From positions 361,627 to 425,626 of the forward strand of contig CAZWSX010000003.1 in the NCBI GenBank assembly GCA_964636985.1: a stretch of 64,000 nt of DNA. The letters are read 5' to 3'. This document shows positions 36,901 to 46,077 of the stretch, piece by piece. This DNA comes from an uncultured Pirellulaceae bacterium (GTDB taxonomy: Bacteria; Planctomycetota; Planctomycetia; Pirellulales; Pirellulaceae). Positions within the stretch are counted from its first letter, which is position 1; the number at the start of each line of letters is the position of its first letter. Position numbers and translations under genes: made by a program. The notes below the pieces were generated by a model that was not told the DNA's origin, searched no databases, and was given only the letters and a program-made list of their open reading frames with translations.

Positions 36901-37259
36901 TTGATGGCGGCATCGAAACTCTGAAGTGCTTTCGGCAAATTGCCTTGCTGATAGTGGCACTCGCCAATCATCGCGAGGAACGCGGCGGAATCGACCCACC
37001 GCGAATCAGCACCTCGAATCGCGCCTTTGAGGCCATCTTCGTACGATTCGAGGGCCCCTTCGTAGTTGCCTGCCAGCATGGCCGTTCGACCAGACTGAAA
37101 CTGCAGGTTGGGGACTTGGCCGATATTTGTTTGCGCGAGCGCAGGGCGAGTCGATGCCAGGCAGATTGCCGCGACCCCCAAAACCAATGCCGATGCGGAG
37201 CGAAACCAAACGCGGCTCAAAGCGGGCGTCATCTTATAACTCTCCGGCAAGAAACGCAT
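33948..37259 (-). CDS. secreted TPR-repeat / CHAT-domain-like protein with Lys/Pro/Ala-rich C-terminal tail
   Basis: Signal peptide, multiple TPR-like helical repeats, then a region with VIVVPDGALWYLPFECL ... LSACALMSSG that resembles the CHAT protease His/Cys blocks. The last ~120 aa are low-complexity K/P/A/G. Confidence 0.55.
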   Translation of the reverse strand: MRFLPESYKMTPALSRVWFRSASALVLGVAAICLASTRPALAQTNIGQVPNLQFQSGRTAMLAGNYEGALESYEDGLKGAIRGADSRWVDSAAFLAMIGECHYQQGNLPKALQSFDAAIKLFNDNSNWMLKIDFPVLIEPAPVAGVATPWGAPVEAVIPGRFAERYNMIYDSVGMQGPGLGNGNNFLMAQRQAIPIRCAEIVRAMCTAIRHRRQILGPLSEHDPNIDRLVNALKARPAPPNHWSQCWIEVQLGCAYAALGKPAQAVGELTKSLKSNDVYYHPLTATAFNELGQLALEEGKYDQAGTCFMEATYVAAQFGIAEEMEEAFRGAQLAWLLAGTGEPFAPLVPAGTWAKKSEYRALHASLLLLAGENLNLLGRTAEADAILQQAQKEIKDMTPSKFNARLQLEQARLAFASGNQVAGVSALTPALKFQQSSSPWLFQITMATKYHTDKAFSDRAVDMMYSQLLRDPTGADWAIHPFDTLAVSSSDYTAAYQKWMEVLITRKDYDRALEVADRMKRHRFYASLPLGGRLPALRAVLESPVTALSPRTQTQRTLLLQNYPGYQPLMTKADEIRGALHALPLMPEDRAQKEQQTKLLQELTKVSEEQETILRNMAVRREAADFIMPPAVTLAEVRKRMNSRQLMLYYASTSTATHGFALTKDKLSAFQVGTPTKLKAEVAKLLKDMGNLDKNGNVPAETIAGNNWKAIAKGLLKTLSNNAKDDSWSKYEEVIVVPDGALWYLPFECLVAGDGSDAPPLIAQTRVRYAPTLGLSLPDAIGHRGEGRTAVVTGKLFPRDDVSVAATAFEDLSKATAQAERIAQPISIPAPVYASICDRVVVFQDIEEPSKNPYAWSPLPIDKARKGADLTDWMALPMAGPNLVVLPGFHTAAEASIKKPAAGDDVFLSACALMSSGTQTLLISRWRPGGKTAVDLVREFVQEQPNMPADAAWQRSVLLAMDSPVAYKDEPRIKSDVKDSAPKATHPFFWAAYCLVDRGSIPGQEPLPAVDIPEDALKPAAAKAAKEDRDDPPADKGGKKPAGKVGEKMPAGEKLPAEKPDPAGKKSKVGALPGEDAVVGEPLPAGDAGKPGKKPKIKPAAKK

Positions 37260-37438
37260 TTGGCGAGGGAGGAAGATCCAAGATCACTCGCCTTGATGCG
37301 TTAGCGCACGGTAAACCCCTGGCCGGGCGCACTTCCATCATATCGCTTGTTGCACTTAGGTGCGCTGGGGAAAACCATCCTAAAGCGGGGGTGCCTGGTA
37401 AAGGTGCATACCTAAAGTGCTGGGCCAAAAGCGCCGGA

Positions 37439-38548
37439 TCACATCCCGCTCAATGTAAAACTAGTCTTGAACAAGTTTTTCATCGTTTCGCCGGCTAACC
37501 AGACACCTTGGCGAAGCTTGGCCGAGAGTTTGGGTGCGGAGATTCGCAAGCTGACGTTGGGGCGAGGCACGGCATTCCAGCGGCTGGCCTCGATGGTGTG
37601 AGCGTGCAGCAAATCGACGGCAAAGCGGCCCTGCTCAAGGGCTTGTTTCAAGAGGAACCAGGGGAGAATCGATTCCAATTCGGGATCGTCCATCAGTGGA
37701 TCGACCACGCTGCCGTAGGCGAAGGTCACGCCCGCGGAACAGGGACGATGCTCGACGGCGACCGTGCGGCCGTCGATTTCGAGCCACGTCATCTGGAGGC
37801 GCCCTTCGGTCATCCAGCGACGGCTGAGATCGCGGAGAAAATAGACGGCTTGGTCGCCGGCAAAGACGGGCAGCGTCTTGCCATACTCGCGCGGCGTTTG
37901 CCCGAAGTCGACCAGGGATCGCCAGGCGTGCTCGAAGTCTTCGTCGCTCGTGACAGCGCGGACCTTGGCGCGGCCGGTGTTCAAGTACTTCTCTTCCACG
38001 GCCTCGATCACTTGGCGCTGCGCCTTGTCGAGCGATGCCAGGTAATCCTCGACAGACGAAGGCAGCTCGATCCGCCAATAGGGCTGGCTGGTCTGCCGCA
38101 GCACGTTGCAGTGTTCGTCCGAGAGACGACCGGCCAGCTTGGCAACCGCGCGATCGCTGGCAGCGATGCCGTCGAAGGCGAGCAAGTTCCATCCGTATTG
38201 CGCGGAGTCGGCGCAAGAGACTAGCCAAGCCGAAAGGGCATCAGCGGCGGCGCCTTCGTGCTCGACGGTCGACAGGATCGAGCGATAGTGTCCTGGCGCA
38301 TCGATACCGCCCCACAGGTGGAGCGATGCGCCAAGGGCTGCGCTTGTTTCGCGGTAGAACGGCGCCAAGCCAACCAGTTCGCCTGAATCGTCGAGCACGC
38401 CCGCGATGACGCTTTGTCGATTGGCTCCGAAGGCCTTCCACCAGGCATCGTGCCAGGTCCAACTGCGAAAGGGAACGCCGCGTGCGACGCAGTCCCATCG
38501 TGCCGCCAGTGATCCGAATTCGCTGATATCGAAGATGCGAACAAGCAT
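37439..38548 (-). CDS. GNAT-fold acyltransferase-like protein (FemAB/CelD-like)
   Basis: 369 aa. The C-terminal half has the acyl-CoA N-acyltransferase-like pattern TWLEIDGRTVAVEH...FAYGSV. Assignment is by resemblance only. Confidence 0.45.
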   Translation of the reverse strand: MLVRIFDISEFGSLAARWDCVARGVPFRSWTWHDAWWKAFGANRQSVIAGVLDDSGELVGLAPFYRETSAALGASLHLWGGIDAPGHYRSILSTVEHEGAAADALSAWLVSCADSAQYGWNLLAFDGIAASDRAVAKLAGRLSDEHCNVLRQTSQPYWRIELPSSVEDYLASLDKAQRQVIEAVEEKYLNTGRAKVRAVTSDEDFEHAWRSLVDFGQTPREYGKTLPVFAGDQAVYFLRDLSRRWMTEGRLQMTWLEIDGRTVAVEHRPCSAGVTFAYGSVVDPLMDDPELESILPWFLLKQALEQGRFAVDLLHAHTIEASRWNAVPRPNVSLRISAPKLSAKLRQGVWLAGETMKNLFKTSFTLSGM

Positions 38549-38858
38549 GATTCGTCTCGCGGGGAGGACTTCGCACCGAAGTGCGAAGCGAGTTTAAAGA
38601 GGCGAGGGGGATGAAGCGGACGCAACGACGTATCTCAATCTTGACCCCTGTAATGTGCGGCGGCATGTGCAAAGGCGATCCGCGAGGTGTTACTTCGTGC
38701 CATCGCGCGGCACCATCGGCATAGCCGCTACATCCCGACGGAGGGCTGCGGGATGTCTCGCCATCGCGACGGCGGGTGACCGCCTGCCACTGGATCGCGA
38801 ACTACCCTTTCTGCGCCCACGAATTTGGCTGCTCCAACGAGAAGGGCGAGGAAAGAAC

Positions 38859-39647
38859 ATGTCGCGGCGAATCGAATTGTTTGGAATCCGCATCGACGCC
38901 ATGCGTCTGCGCGAAGCGGTCACAAAGTTGTCGCAGTGGCTCGACGAGGAACAACGAAGCTGCCGTTACGTGGTGACGCCCAATGTCGATCACGTGGTGA
39001 TGTTTCAGGAGCGCGCTGACTTGCGCGCGGTGTATCGCGAGGCCTCGATGGTGCTGGCCGATGGCGCGCCGGTGGTGTGGTCGTCGCGGCTGCTAGGCAA
39101 ACCGGTTCCGGAACGCGTGGCTGGCTCCGATCTGACGCCGGCGATTTTTCAAAGCATGGTCGCAACCCGGAAGCTGCGGACGTTCTTACTAGGTGCTGGG
39201 CCCGGTGTTGCCGAACGAGCGGCGGATAACATTCACAAGCAGTGGCCGGGTGTCGAGGTCGTTGGATGCTACAGCCCGCCGATGGGCTTTGAAAAGAACG
39301 AAGCCGAGAATGCCAAGATCATCCAGCTGGTGAACGAGGCCGATACCGAGCTACTTGTGGTTGGCCTGGGCGCACCGAAGCAAGAGTTGTGGATTCACAA
39401 GCACGCCCGTCAGCTGCGCGTTCGTGTGGCCCTGTGTGTGGGAGCGACGATCGATTTCCTGGCTGGCGAAAAACCGCGGGCACCAAGATGGATGCAAAAG
39501 GTGGGGCTGGAATGGCTTCACCGCGTCGCTTCCGAGCCGCGCCGCCTTTTCAAACGCTACGCACGCGATGCGATGATCTTTCCGCAACTAGTGTGGCGGC
39601 AATGGCGGTCGCCGAAGGCTTTCGCTGGTTTGCGTCGCTGGAAATAG
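38859..39647 (+). CDS. WecB/TagA/CpsF-family glycosyltransferase
   Basis: MSRRIELFGIRIDAMRL...YVVTPNVDHVVM...LADGAPVVW...LLGAGPGVAE...VGLGAPKQELW matches the family block order. GAGGAAAG RBS before the ATG at 38859. Confidence 0.75.
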   Translation: MSRRIELFGIRIDAMRLREAVTKLSQWLDEEQRSCRYVVTPNVDHVVMFQERADLRAVYREASMVLADGAPVVWSSRLLGKPVPERVAGSDLTPAIFQSMVATRKLRTFLLGAGPGVAERAADNIHKQWPGVEVVGCYSPPMGFEKNEAENAKIIQLVNEADTELLVVGLGAPKQELWIHKHARQLRVRVALCVGATIDFLAGEKPRAPRWMQKVGLEWLHRVASEPRRLFKRYARDAMIFPQLVWRQWRSPKAFAGLRRWK

Positions 39648-39725
39648 CGAACCTTGTCTCGACTCGCGCTGTCGCTTCCGTCAAACTAAATGGCACTTCA
39701 CGTGTCCCAGACGGAGTAGAAGGCG

Positions 39726-40301
39726 ATGTTTATCCCGATCGATAACGAAACCTTCTACCGAACCCGCGCCGAGCTTGAAGCCGGTCTCGATCACATCCGC
39801 GAGTCGCCGCGCGATCTGGGGCGGTTGGAGATGATTGTCGTTCGTCCTAAGAAGAACAAGCGATTGCAGCTTGGGTGGTGCGAGGTCTCGCCTGAGGGTG
39901 GCCTCGAAGGAGACAACTGGGCCTTCGATTGTTGGAAGACGTTGCCTGACGGAACATCCGATCCGAGCGTGCAAGTGACGCTGATGAACTCGCGTCTGGC
40001 GCAGCTGGTGGCCGTCGAGCGATCGCGCTGGCCGCTGGCAGGCGATCAGCTCTATGTCGACCTCGACATCAGCTACGAGAATTTTCCCGTGGGCCAACGA
40101 TTCACCATTGGCGCGGCCGAGTTCGAGATCACGAGCGAGTTGCACACCGGCTGCAAGAAGTTCATCGCGCGCTATGGCGTTGATGCCATGCAGTTCGTGA
40201 ACAAGGGAGAAGGGAAGCGGCTGAATCTCCGAGGCACCTACGCCCGCGTTGTCCGCGCGGGGACGATTCGCTGCGGCGATGTGGTGCGAAAAAGATCGTA
40301 A
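39726..40301 (+). CDS. MOSC-domain protein (YiiM-like)
   Basis: 191 aa with GDNWAFDCW..., ...LYVDLDIS...GQRFTIGAAEFEITSELHTGCKKF...GTYARVVRAGTIRCGD, typical of the MOSC beta-barrel with a conserved Cys. Confidence 0.65.
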   Translation: MFIPIDNETFYRTRAELEAGLDHIRESPRDLGRLEMIVVRPKKNKRLQLGWCEVSPEGGLEGDNWAFDCWKTLPDGTSDPSVQVTLMNSRLAQLVAVERSRWPLAGDQLYVDLDISYENFPVGQRFTIGAAEFEITSELHTGCKKFIARYGVDAMQFVNKGEGKRLNLRGTYARVVRAGTIRCGDVVRKRS

Positions 40302-40386
40302 AGATTCTGTCTGAAAGAGTTTTTCCTTCTCACGAAAAACGCCACGCCGCCCCATCGCTGGTCGTCGCAGTTGTCGTATTGAACCT

Positions 40387-41448
40387 TTAGGGCCTCTTCT
40401 CAGGATGCCCGACGATCCACGCGTGAACCGCGAGCACGAGCGCGATGGCAGAGTGTCGACAACTATCCACCAACTGCGCGCTTATCTTTCCGCTGAGTGG
40501 AAAGTTGTCGCCAATGGTGACGGCGGGTAAATCGGGGATTCCCGCTGTCTGCTTTAAGAACTCTTGATCGACGATACCACGCTTATGCACCAATAAATTG
40601 CGAACCGCAGCCGCACATCTCAAGCGAGGACGTTTTAGAATGTCGACGATCGCCGACCCCTGCTTGGAGAATGCCACGGAATAGGCATCCTGAATATCTG
40701 CAAGTGCGCGAAACGACACGTCCTTTTTCTTGTCCTTCAAGATCGTCCCCATTTTTTTACCGACATCAAATCCATTTTTCAGTAAGTCGTCGAACGAAAT
40801 CGTGGTCTTTCCCCCGAGCGCCGCCAATGTTGTGGGGTGTGCGTTAAGCGCCGATTCCCACAGATCCTCGCTAAGCGTTTCAAACACGATCCAGCCATGA
40901 ATAACGAGCGATGAGAAATAGCCGTCTAATTGGCGCTGTCGACGGGGATACTCTCTTCCCGCGTAGGCGGCAACCTCCCCAGTCTCGATTAAGCCAACGC
41001 TCACTGGCATATCTTCAATTCCGAGAGCCCATCGCTGAAGGGAATCGCCGACCACTCGGGCGGTTTCCAGCGTTTCCTCAGTGACTTCGCCGACGAATTC
41101 ACCAGTTGATGTATTTGGGTTTCGATTGAGCGGGGCACAGATGAGAGCGTAGGCTTGCTGATACAGCCTGCCAAAATCAAAAATGGATTGAGGCGTTCGA
41201 GCGTATTCCCAAAGCCGCTCCTGATTCTGGTGGAATGCTTTGGCAACATCCTCTAGGCCGCTTAGTCGAAACGACCCGTTGTCCAGTGCTTCCTGGAAAC
41301 GTTTCCCGTTCAATTCCAGACCGTCGTCTTCGATCGTAAACCCAGTTCCTCCATAGATCGCAGCGCGAAAGTCTTTGACTCTGTCATGTCGCCGCTGCAC
41401 ATCGGCGGGCGTTACGTGGGCCTTCTCTTCCATAGCTTCGCTCCCCAC
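40387..41448 (-). CDS. hypothetical protein with C-terminal Rx4H (HEPN-like) motif; possibly abortive-infection (AbiD/F-like) in a lower-GC block
   Basis: 353 aa. C-terminus has ...RCAAAVRNLLVHKRGIV... (R-N-x3-H). Spot counts give ~40-50% GC against ~60-65% in the flanks. No other motif recognised. Confidence 0.35.
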   Translation of the reverse strand: MGSEAMEEKAHVTPADVQRRHDRVKDFRAAIYGGTGFTIEDDGLELNGKRFQEALDNGSFRLSGLEDVAKAFHQNQERLWEYARTPQSIFDFGRLYQQAYALICAPLNRNPNTSTGEFVGEVTEETLETARVVGDSLQRWALGIEDMPVSVGLIETGEVAAYAGREYPRRQRQLDGYFSSLVIHGWIVFETLSEDLWESALNAHPTTLAALGGKTTISFDDLLKNGFDVGKKMGTILKDKKKDVSFRALADIQDAYSVAFSKQGSAIVDILKRPRLRCAAAVRNLLVHKRGIVDQEFLKQTAGIPDLPAVTIGDNFPLSGKISAQLVDSCRHSAIALVLAVHAWIVGHPEKRP

Positions 41449-41756
41449 AGACGTGCAAAGCCGCCATGATAGGTGTAGCCATAGCGAAAAGCACCAGTGG
41501 CAAGTTCGGTGCGAATCAACACGCGAAACCTGCTGCCACGAAGAGGAGATGTGCTTGTAGCGGCGCTCTTTTTCGAATCGTAGATTGCGGCCGGAGGCTC
41601 ATTCACTTTAGGGAAAAAATGTAAGCGTCTTCCCCTCTCTCCTGCCTTACGACATAATGTCGTAAATCATCCGCCCGCGATTTCTGGCGCGGATCTGCAT
41701 TGGTCCTCTGGTGAATTGTTCCTGGTGAATTGTCCTTGGTGCGTGGGGGACGTCGC

Positions 41757-42617
41757 ATGAACGTGGCACTTTCGATCGCCGTGGCGTTAGCGCTCGGGCA
41801 AGCGGGCGGGGACGACACTAGCAAAGACGACATCGGCAACGGGGAACAGAAGCGGCTGCAAGAGGCCGGACTGGCTTTCGTGAAGCAATCGGCGGCGAAG
41901 TACGAGTTCACGCAGCGGGGCAAGAAGGTGAAGCTGATCGAGACGCCGCTCTTGCGCTGGAACAACACCGTTGTCGAAGAGCAAGACGCACTTCTGTTTA
42001 TGTGGACGCTCGATGGACGCCCAGTGGCTGCGGCGCAGTTCTTTGCTCAGAAGCAGCGGTGGCTCCATGAGTTCCAATCGATGACGTTCGGCGACAAAGA
42101 GGGAGCCTTCGCCGGGCGGTATGACGGGACCGAATTCTGGTCGCCGAAAAAGGGAGGGCAGTCCGAGATTGCGTTGCCGCCGATCAAACCGGCGGATAGC
42201 ACCGCGCGGCGATTGCAGCAAATGAAGGAGATCGCCGATTCCTTCACCGGCGACGATCACGTGGTGACCGAAGGGGGAGCGAAAACAACCTACGCCCTGA
42301 GAGTTTTACCGCGGCCGATCTATCGATACCGCGATGTTCCGAACTTTCTCGATGGTGCTATCTTCGCGATGGTGCAAGACAACAACCCGGAAATCCTGAT
42401 CACAATCGAATGCCCCGCGGGAGACGATGCGAAATACCGCGTCGGCCTGACGCGGATGACATCGTACGAGATCGAGATCCAGCGCGATGGCAAAGAAGTC
42501 TTGCGGCTGGCGCGGGAGGTTTTTCCGTCGAGCGATCGATCGCATACGTACTTCATGCGATCGGTCGATCGGAACGCGGCGTTAGAAATGCTGGCGCGGC
42601 CGCGACGGGGCGAGTAG
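41757..42617 (+). CDS. secreted hypothetical protein
   Basis: GGGGGA RBS 8 nt before the ATG at 41757. Signal peptide MNVALSIAVALALGQAGG; no recognised domain. Confidence 0.5.
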   Translation: MNVALSIAVALALGQAGGDDTSKDDIGNGEQKRLQEAGLAFVKQSAAKYEFTQRGKKVKLIETPLLRWNNTVVEEQDALLFMWTLDGRPVAAAQFFAQKQRWLHEFQSMTFGDKEGAFAGRYDGTEFWSPKKGGQSEIALPPIKPADSTARRLQQMKEIADSFTGDDHVVTEGGAKTTYALRVLPRPIYRYRDVPNFLDGAIFAMVQDNNPEILITIECPAGDDAKYRVGLTRMTSYEIEIQRDGKEVLRLAREVFPSSDRSHTYFMRSVDRNAALEMLARPRRGE

Positions 42618-42780
42618 CGAGGTGAGTTTGGGTCGCCCTGGGAGGGCTTGGATCACGGATGGATCGATCAGTGAGCTAAACGAGCCGGCCAACCGATAAA
42701 TGTGCTTGCCCAAATATAAATTTTTGCAGATGGCGGGTTCACCACTGAAGTCTCCGCGAATCCCAAGCGGCATCGTTCGG

Positions 42781-44127
42781 TCATTCAGGCACGAAGATGA
42801 ATTCAGGATTGAAATACTCTTTCGCGTTTGCCGGCGTAAATCGCATCGGGCATTTTTTCTCAAAGAGCTGCAGGTTCTCTTGCCGGCGTTTTTGCTTGTA
42901 TGCCGGCGCTTTGTCGAGTGCACTCTTCTGATATCGTATCGCATCGTCCCATTCGCCCACCTCGGCATGCGCCGTGGCTAGCGCAGCGATCGCCGAATCG
43001 TTCTGCCACTCAGTCATCTCGCAAGCTTTGGTCGCCAACTCGATTGCTCTCTTTCCGTCGCGCATGCCGTCGTCCGGACTGGCCGCGAGAAAAAATGCCA
43101 TTTCTACAATCGGCCTTGGATCGCCGGGGAACAATTGGCAACACGTTTCGTGCTCGTGAATCGCCTTGCGATAGTTACGTTGCCGCTCGTAGATATGGGC
43201 TCGTATCTGGTACGACCCAAGAATGTTTGGGTTCAACTCGATCGATTGAGAGATGTCCTTCAGCGCATTGTCGAGGCCTTCCTTCTCAATCCAACAAGCG
43301 GCCCGTGCATGGTAGGCTGAATCTGATCGCGGGTTGATTCGAATCGCTTGATCTGTATCGCGCAGGGCTTTGTCGAGGTTCCTCAATTGGAACCAACAGA
43401 ACGCGCGAGTGCGGAAGGCTCCGTCGTTTTGAGGATGAATTCGAATGGCTTCGCTTAGGTCGTCAATTGCCGACTTGTAATTGCCACGCTTAAACGAAAT
43501 ATCTCCCCGGTTTTTGAACGCTTGGTCACACTGAGGATCGAGTTCAATAGCCCGGTCATAGTCTTGAACTGCTTCGTCCAGTTCTTGGTTGAGCGCCTTG
43601 TAATATCCGCGGCGTAAGTAGACAAACGGGTCGGTCGGATCGAGACGGATCGCTTGCGTGAGATCCTCGTAGGATGAAAGGAATTCTCCTCTCATCGCTC
43701 TTGCAATCGCCCGATCGACAAAGGCCTCCGAAAATGTCGGGGCGAGCCGAATCGCTTCGTTCAGACTATAAATGCCCTTAAGCGATTCTCTCTTGCCAAG
43801 CCAAGCTAGCCCGCGAAGTCGCCACGCCTTCGCATTCGTTGGATCAGTTTTGATCTGCTCGTCGGATAATGCCAGGGCCTCGTCCATGTCCATGAGGTCG
43901 GCTTTTTTCACCCACGCGCGTTGACACCACACGCGGTCGTTTTGCACGACCTCGACTTTGTCCGGACGGCTCAGGTAGCGAACGTCTACAGGTAAACCGT
44001 TGTGCGTTGGGACGACGCCAGGTTTGAGAAGAACCATTTTGCCAATCCAAGGATCGAGTTCCTCGGCCGAGGCAATGAGAGGAGCGAGAGCGATCGCGAG
44101 CAAGAGTCCATAGCGCAGCACGGCCAT
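42781..44127 (-). CDS. secreted TPR-repeat protein
   Basis: Signal peptide MAVLRYGLLLAIALAPLIASA, then more than eight 34-aa repeats with the W-LG-Y / A-F-A-P pattern (for example AIRLDPTDPFVYLRRGYYKALNQELDEAVQDYDRAIELDPQ). Confidence 0.7.
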   Translation of the reverse strand: MAVLRYGLLLAIALAPLIASAEELDPWIGKMVLLKPGVVPTHNGLPVDVRYLSRPDKVEVVQNDRVWCQRAWVKKADLMDMDEALALSDEQIKTDPTNAKAWRLRGLAWLGKRESLKGIYSLNEAIRLAPTFSEAFVDRAIARAMRGEFLSSYEDLTQAIRLDPTDPFVYLRRGYYKALNQELDEAVQDYDRAIELDPQCDQAFKNRGDISFKRGNYKSAIDDLSEAIRIHPQNDGAFRTRAFCWFQLRNLDKALRDTDQAIRINPRSDSAYHARAACWIEKEGLDNALKDISQSIELNPNILGSYQIRAHIYERQRNYRKAIHEHETCCQLFPGDPRPIVEMAFFLAASPDDGMRDGKRAIELATKACEMTEWQNDSAIAALATAHAEVGEWDDAIRYQKSALDKAPAYKQKRRQENLQLFEKKCPMRFTPANAKEYFNPEFIFVPE

Positions 44128-44219
44128 TCCCTCCTGGAACTGGTTCGGTGGGCCGCAAGCTTATTCGAACAGCTACCAATGCGAGAAGATCAGAAAGCGG
44201 GTTGTGTCACGCTCCCACT

Positions 44220-44236
44220 GGCGTCTGGGGGACGCC
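44220..44236. repeat. GGCGTC-N5-GACGCC palindrome copy
   Basis: GGCGTC-TGGGG-GACGCC; the same arms occur at 24874 and 25338. Confidence 0.5.
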
Positions 44237-44372
44237 AGTGCCACCCAGGCTGTCGCTGCACTCGCGAAGAGTGCGGTGGCCCCGGGGTTTTCACCGGGGG
44301 CTGTTTGAAGATTGATGTCGCTTTGCAGGGCTCCGTGTTCTGGTGAACGCGGCTACGGGTAGGCTTGCGAAA

Positions 44373-45554
44373 TTATTTTGCGGCGGCTTCGCCGGACATC
44401 ATTTCGCGGAATTGGCGGAACAGGTAGCGGCTGTCGTGTGGGCCGCTGCTTGATTCGGGGTGGTACTGCACGCTGAAGGCGGGCAAGTCGCGGTGGCGGA
44501 GGCCGGCGATCGTATTGTCGTTCAGATTGCGGTGCGTGACTTCCAGGAACGAAGGGAGCGTTTCTTCCTCGACCGCGAAGCCGTGGTTCTGCGCTGTGAT
44601 CTCGATGGCGCCGGTCAGCAGGTTCTGGACAGGCTGGTTGGCGCCACGATGTCCAAACTTGAGTTTGAAGGTTTTCGCGCCGCAGGCAAGGCCGAACAGT
44701 TGATGCCCGAGGCAGATGCCGAAGACCGGCTTCTTTCCCAGTACGCCGCGAATGCACTCTTGGGCGTATTCGAGAGGTTCGGGGTCGCCGGGGCCGTTCG
44801 ACAAAAAGACGCCGTCGGGATTGTGTGATAGCACCTCTTCCGCGGTAGCAATTCCGGGCAGCACAGTGACGCGGCAGCCTTCGTCGAATAAGTGCCGGGC
44901 GATATTCCACTTCATGCCGTAGTCGAGAGCGACGACGTGGAACTCGGCCGCGGTGTCGGCGGCACGCAGCGATTCGGTCGGCAGCTTCGCCAGGCTTTCC
45001 AATCCGCTTTTCCATTCGCGAGGCTCGGTGGGGATGACTTCCCGCACCAAGTCGCGGCCGACCAATCCAGGGCTGGCCTTGGCTTTGGCGACGAGCGAGG
45101 CGTCGTTGAGGTCGACCGTCGACAGCACTCCTTTCATGGCACCAAAGTTGCGCAAGCGGCGCACCAGCGCACGGGTATCGATGCCCGCGATGCCGACAAT
45201 GCCATAACGACGAAGATAGTCGCCGAGCATCCCTTCGGAGCGGAAGTTGCTATCGATGCGGCTGACTTCGCGGACGACAAAGCCGGCCAGGTGCGGCTTC
45301 TGGCTTTCGACATCGCTGGCGTTGACGCCGTAGTTGCCGATTTCGGGATAGGTCATCGCCACAATCTGTCCGCGATAACTGGGGTCGGTAAGGATTTCCT
45401 GGTAGCCCGTCATCGACGTGTTGAAGCAAACTTCGCCGTCGACTTCACCGGTCGCCCCGAAAGACTCTCCGACGAAAACCGATCCATCTTCCAAGGCGAG
45501 TTTGGCAATTTGAGGCTGGGCGTTTTGGGAGGATGGCGAATGCGTGTGGGTCAT
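44373..45554 (-). CDS. carA: carbamoyl-phosphate synthase small (glutamine amidotransferase) subunit
   Basis: N-terminal CPSase small-chain domain (LALEDGSVFVGESFGA...GEVCFNTSMTGYQEILTDPSYRGQIV) and a class I GATase triad region GICLGHQL...HRGANQPV. Confidence 0.9.
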   Translation of the reverse strand: MTHTHSPSSQNAQPQIAKLALEDGSVFVGESFGATGEVDGEVCFNTSMTGYQEILTDPSYRGQIVAMTYPEIGNYGVNASDVESQKPHLAGFVVREVSRIDSNFRSEGMLGDYLRRYGIVGIAGIDTRALVRRLRNFGAMKGVLSTVDLNDASLVAKAKASPGLVGRDLVREVIPTEPREWKSGLESLAKLPTESLRAADTAAEFHVVALDYGMKWNIARHLFDEGCRVTVLPGIATAEEVLSHNPDGVFLSNGPGDPEPLEYAQECIRGVLGKKPVFGICLGHQLFGLACGAKTFKLKFGHRGANQPVQNLLTGAIEITAQNHGFAVEEETLPSFLEVTHRNLNDNTIAGLRHRDLPAFSVQYHPESSSGPHDSRYLFRQFREMMSGEAAAK

Positions 45555-45682
45555 AGCTCGTTGGGTAGTTGGTTTCCGAAAGGACGGGATGCTTTTGGGT
45601 ATGGGGTTCTTTAGGCAATTTGTTTCAGGCGGGTGAGCGCCTCAAAGTCGTTCGGCGTTGGCCAAATCCCTTCCATCTCCTG

Positions 45683-45710
45683 GTACCAACACACGCACCG
45701 CGGTTGGTAC
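45683..45710. promoter_or_regulatory. palindromic operator-like site in the carA/rhomboid divergent intergenic region
   Basis: GTACCAAC-N12-GTTGGTAC is a perfect 8-bp inverted repeat ~130 nt upstream of the carA start. Confidence 0.3.
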
Positions 45711-46077
45711 GCAATCACCGGAGTAGGCAATGCCTAGCCTTTGCCGGTGACTATTGCGGGCAAGTCTTCACAGTCTAAAGTCGCTTGACCGCGTCCCCCG
45801 ATAAGGCTCATACGGCTGTGGGTCTTCGATTCCAAGCGCAAGCAAGGCATCGGACAGCCTATCCCGGAGGGGGTCCGCTGCGGCGAGTGGGCCCCCTCTT
45901 TTGTTTCTTGAGCGAAGGTGGACGAACCAAGCAAATTCGGCGAATTATACGATGCTGTCGCCCTCTTTGGTATGTGGCACAGCGGCCTAAACTTTACGGA
46001 TGCCGCATACCTTACCAAGTCACCGGGTATAGAATCGAAATGCGGAAATCGCCCCCGTTAGCTATCTCATTTCGTGG

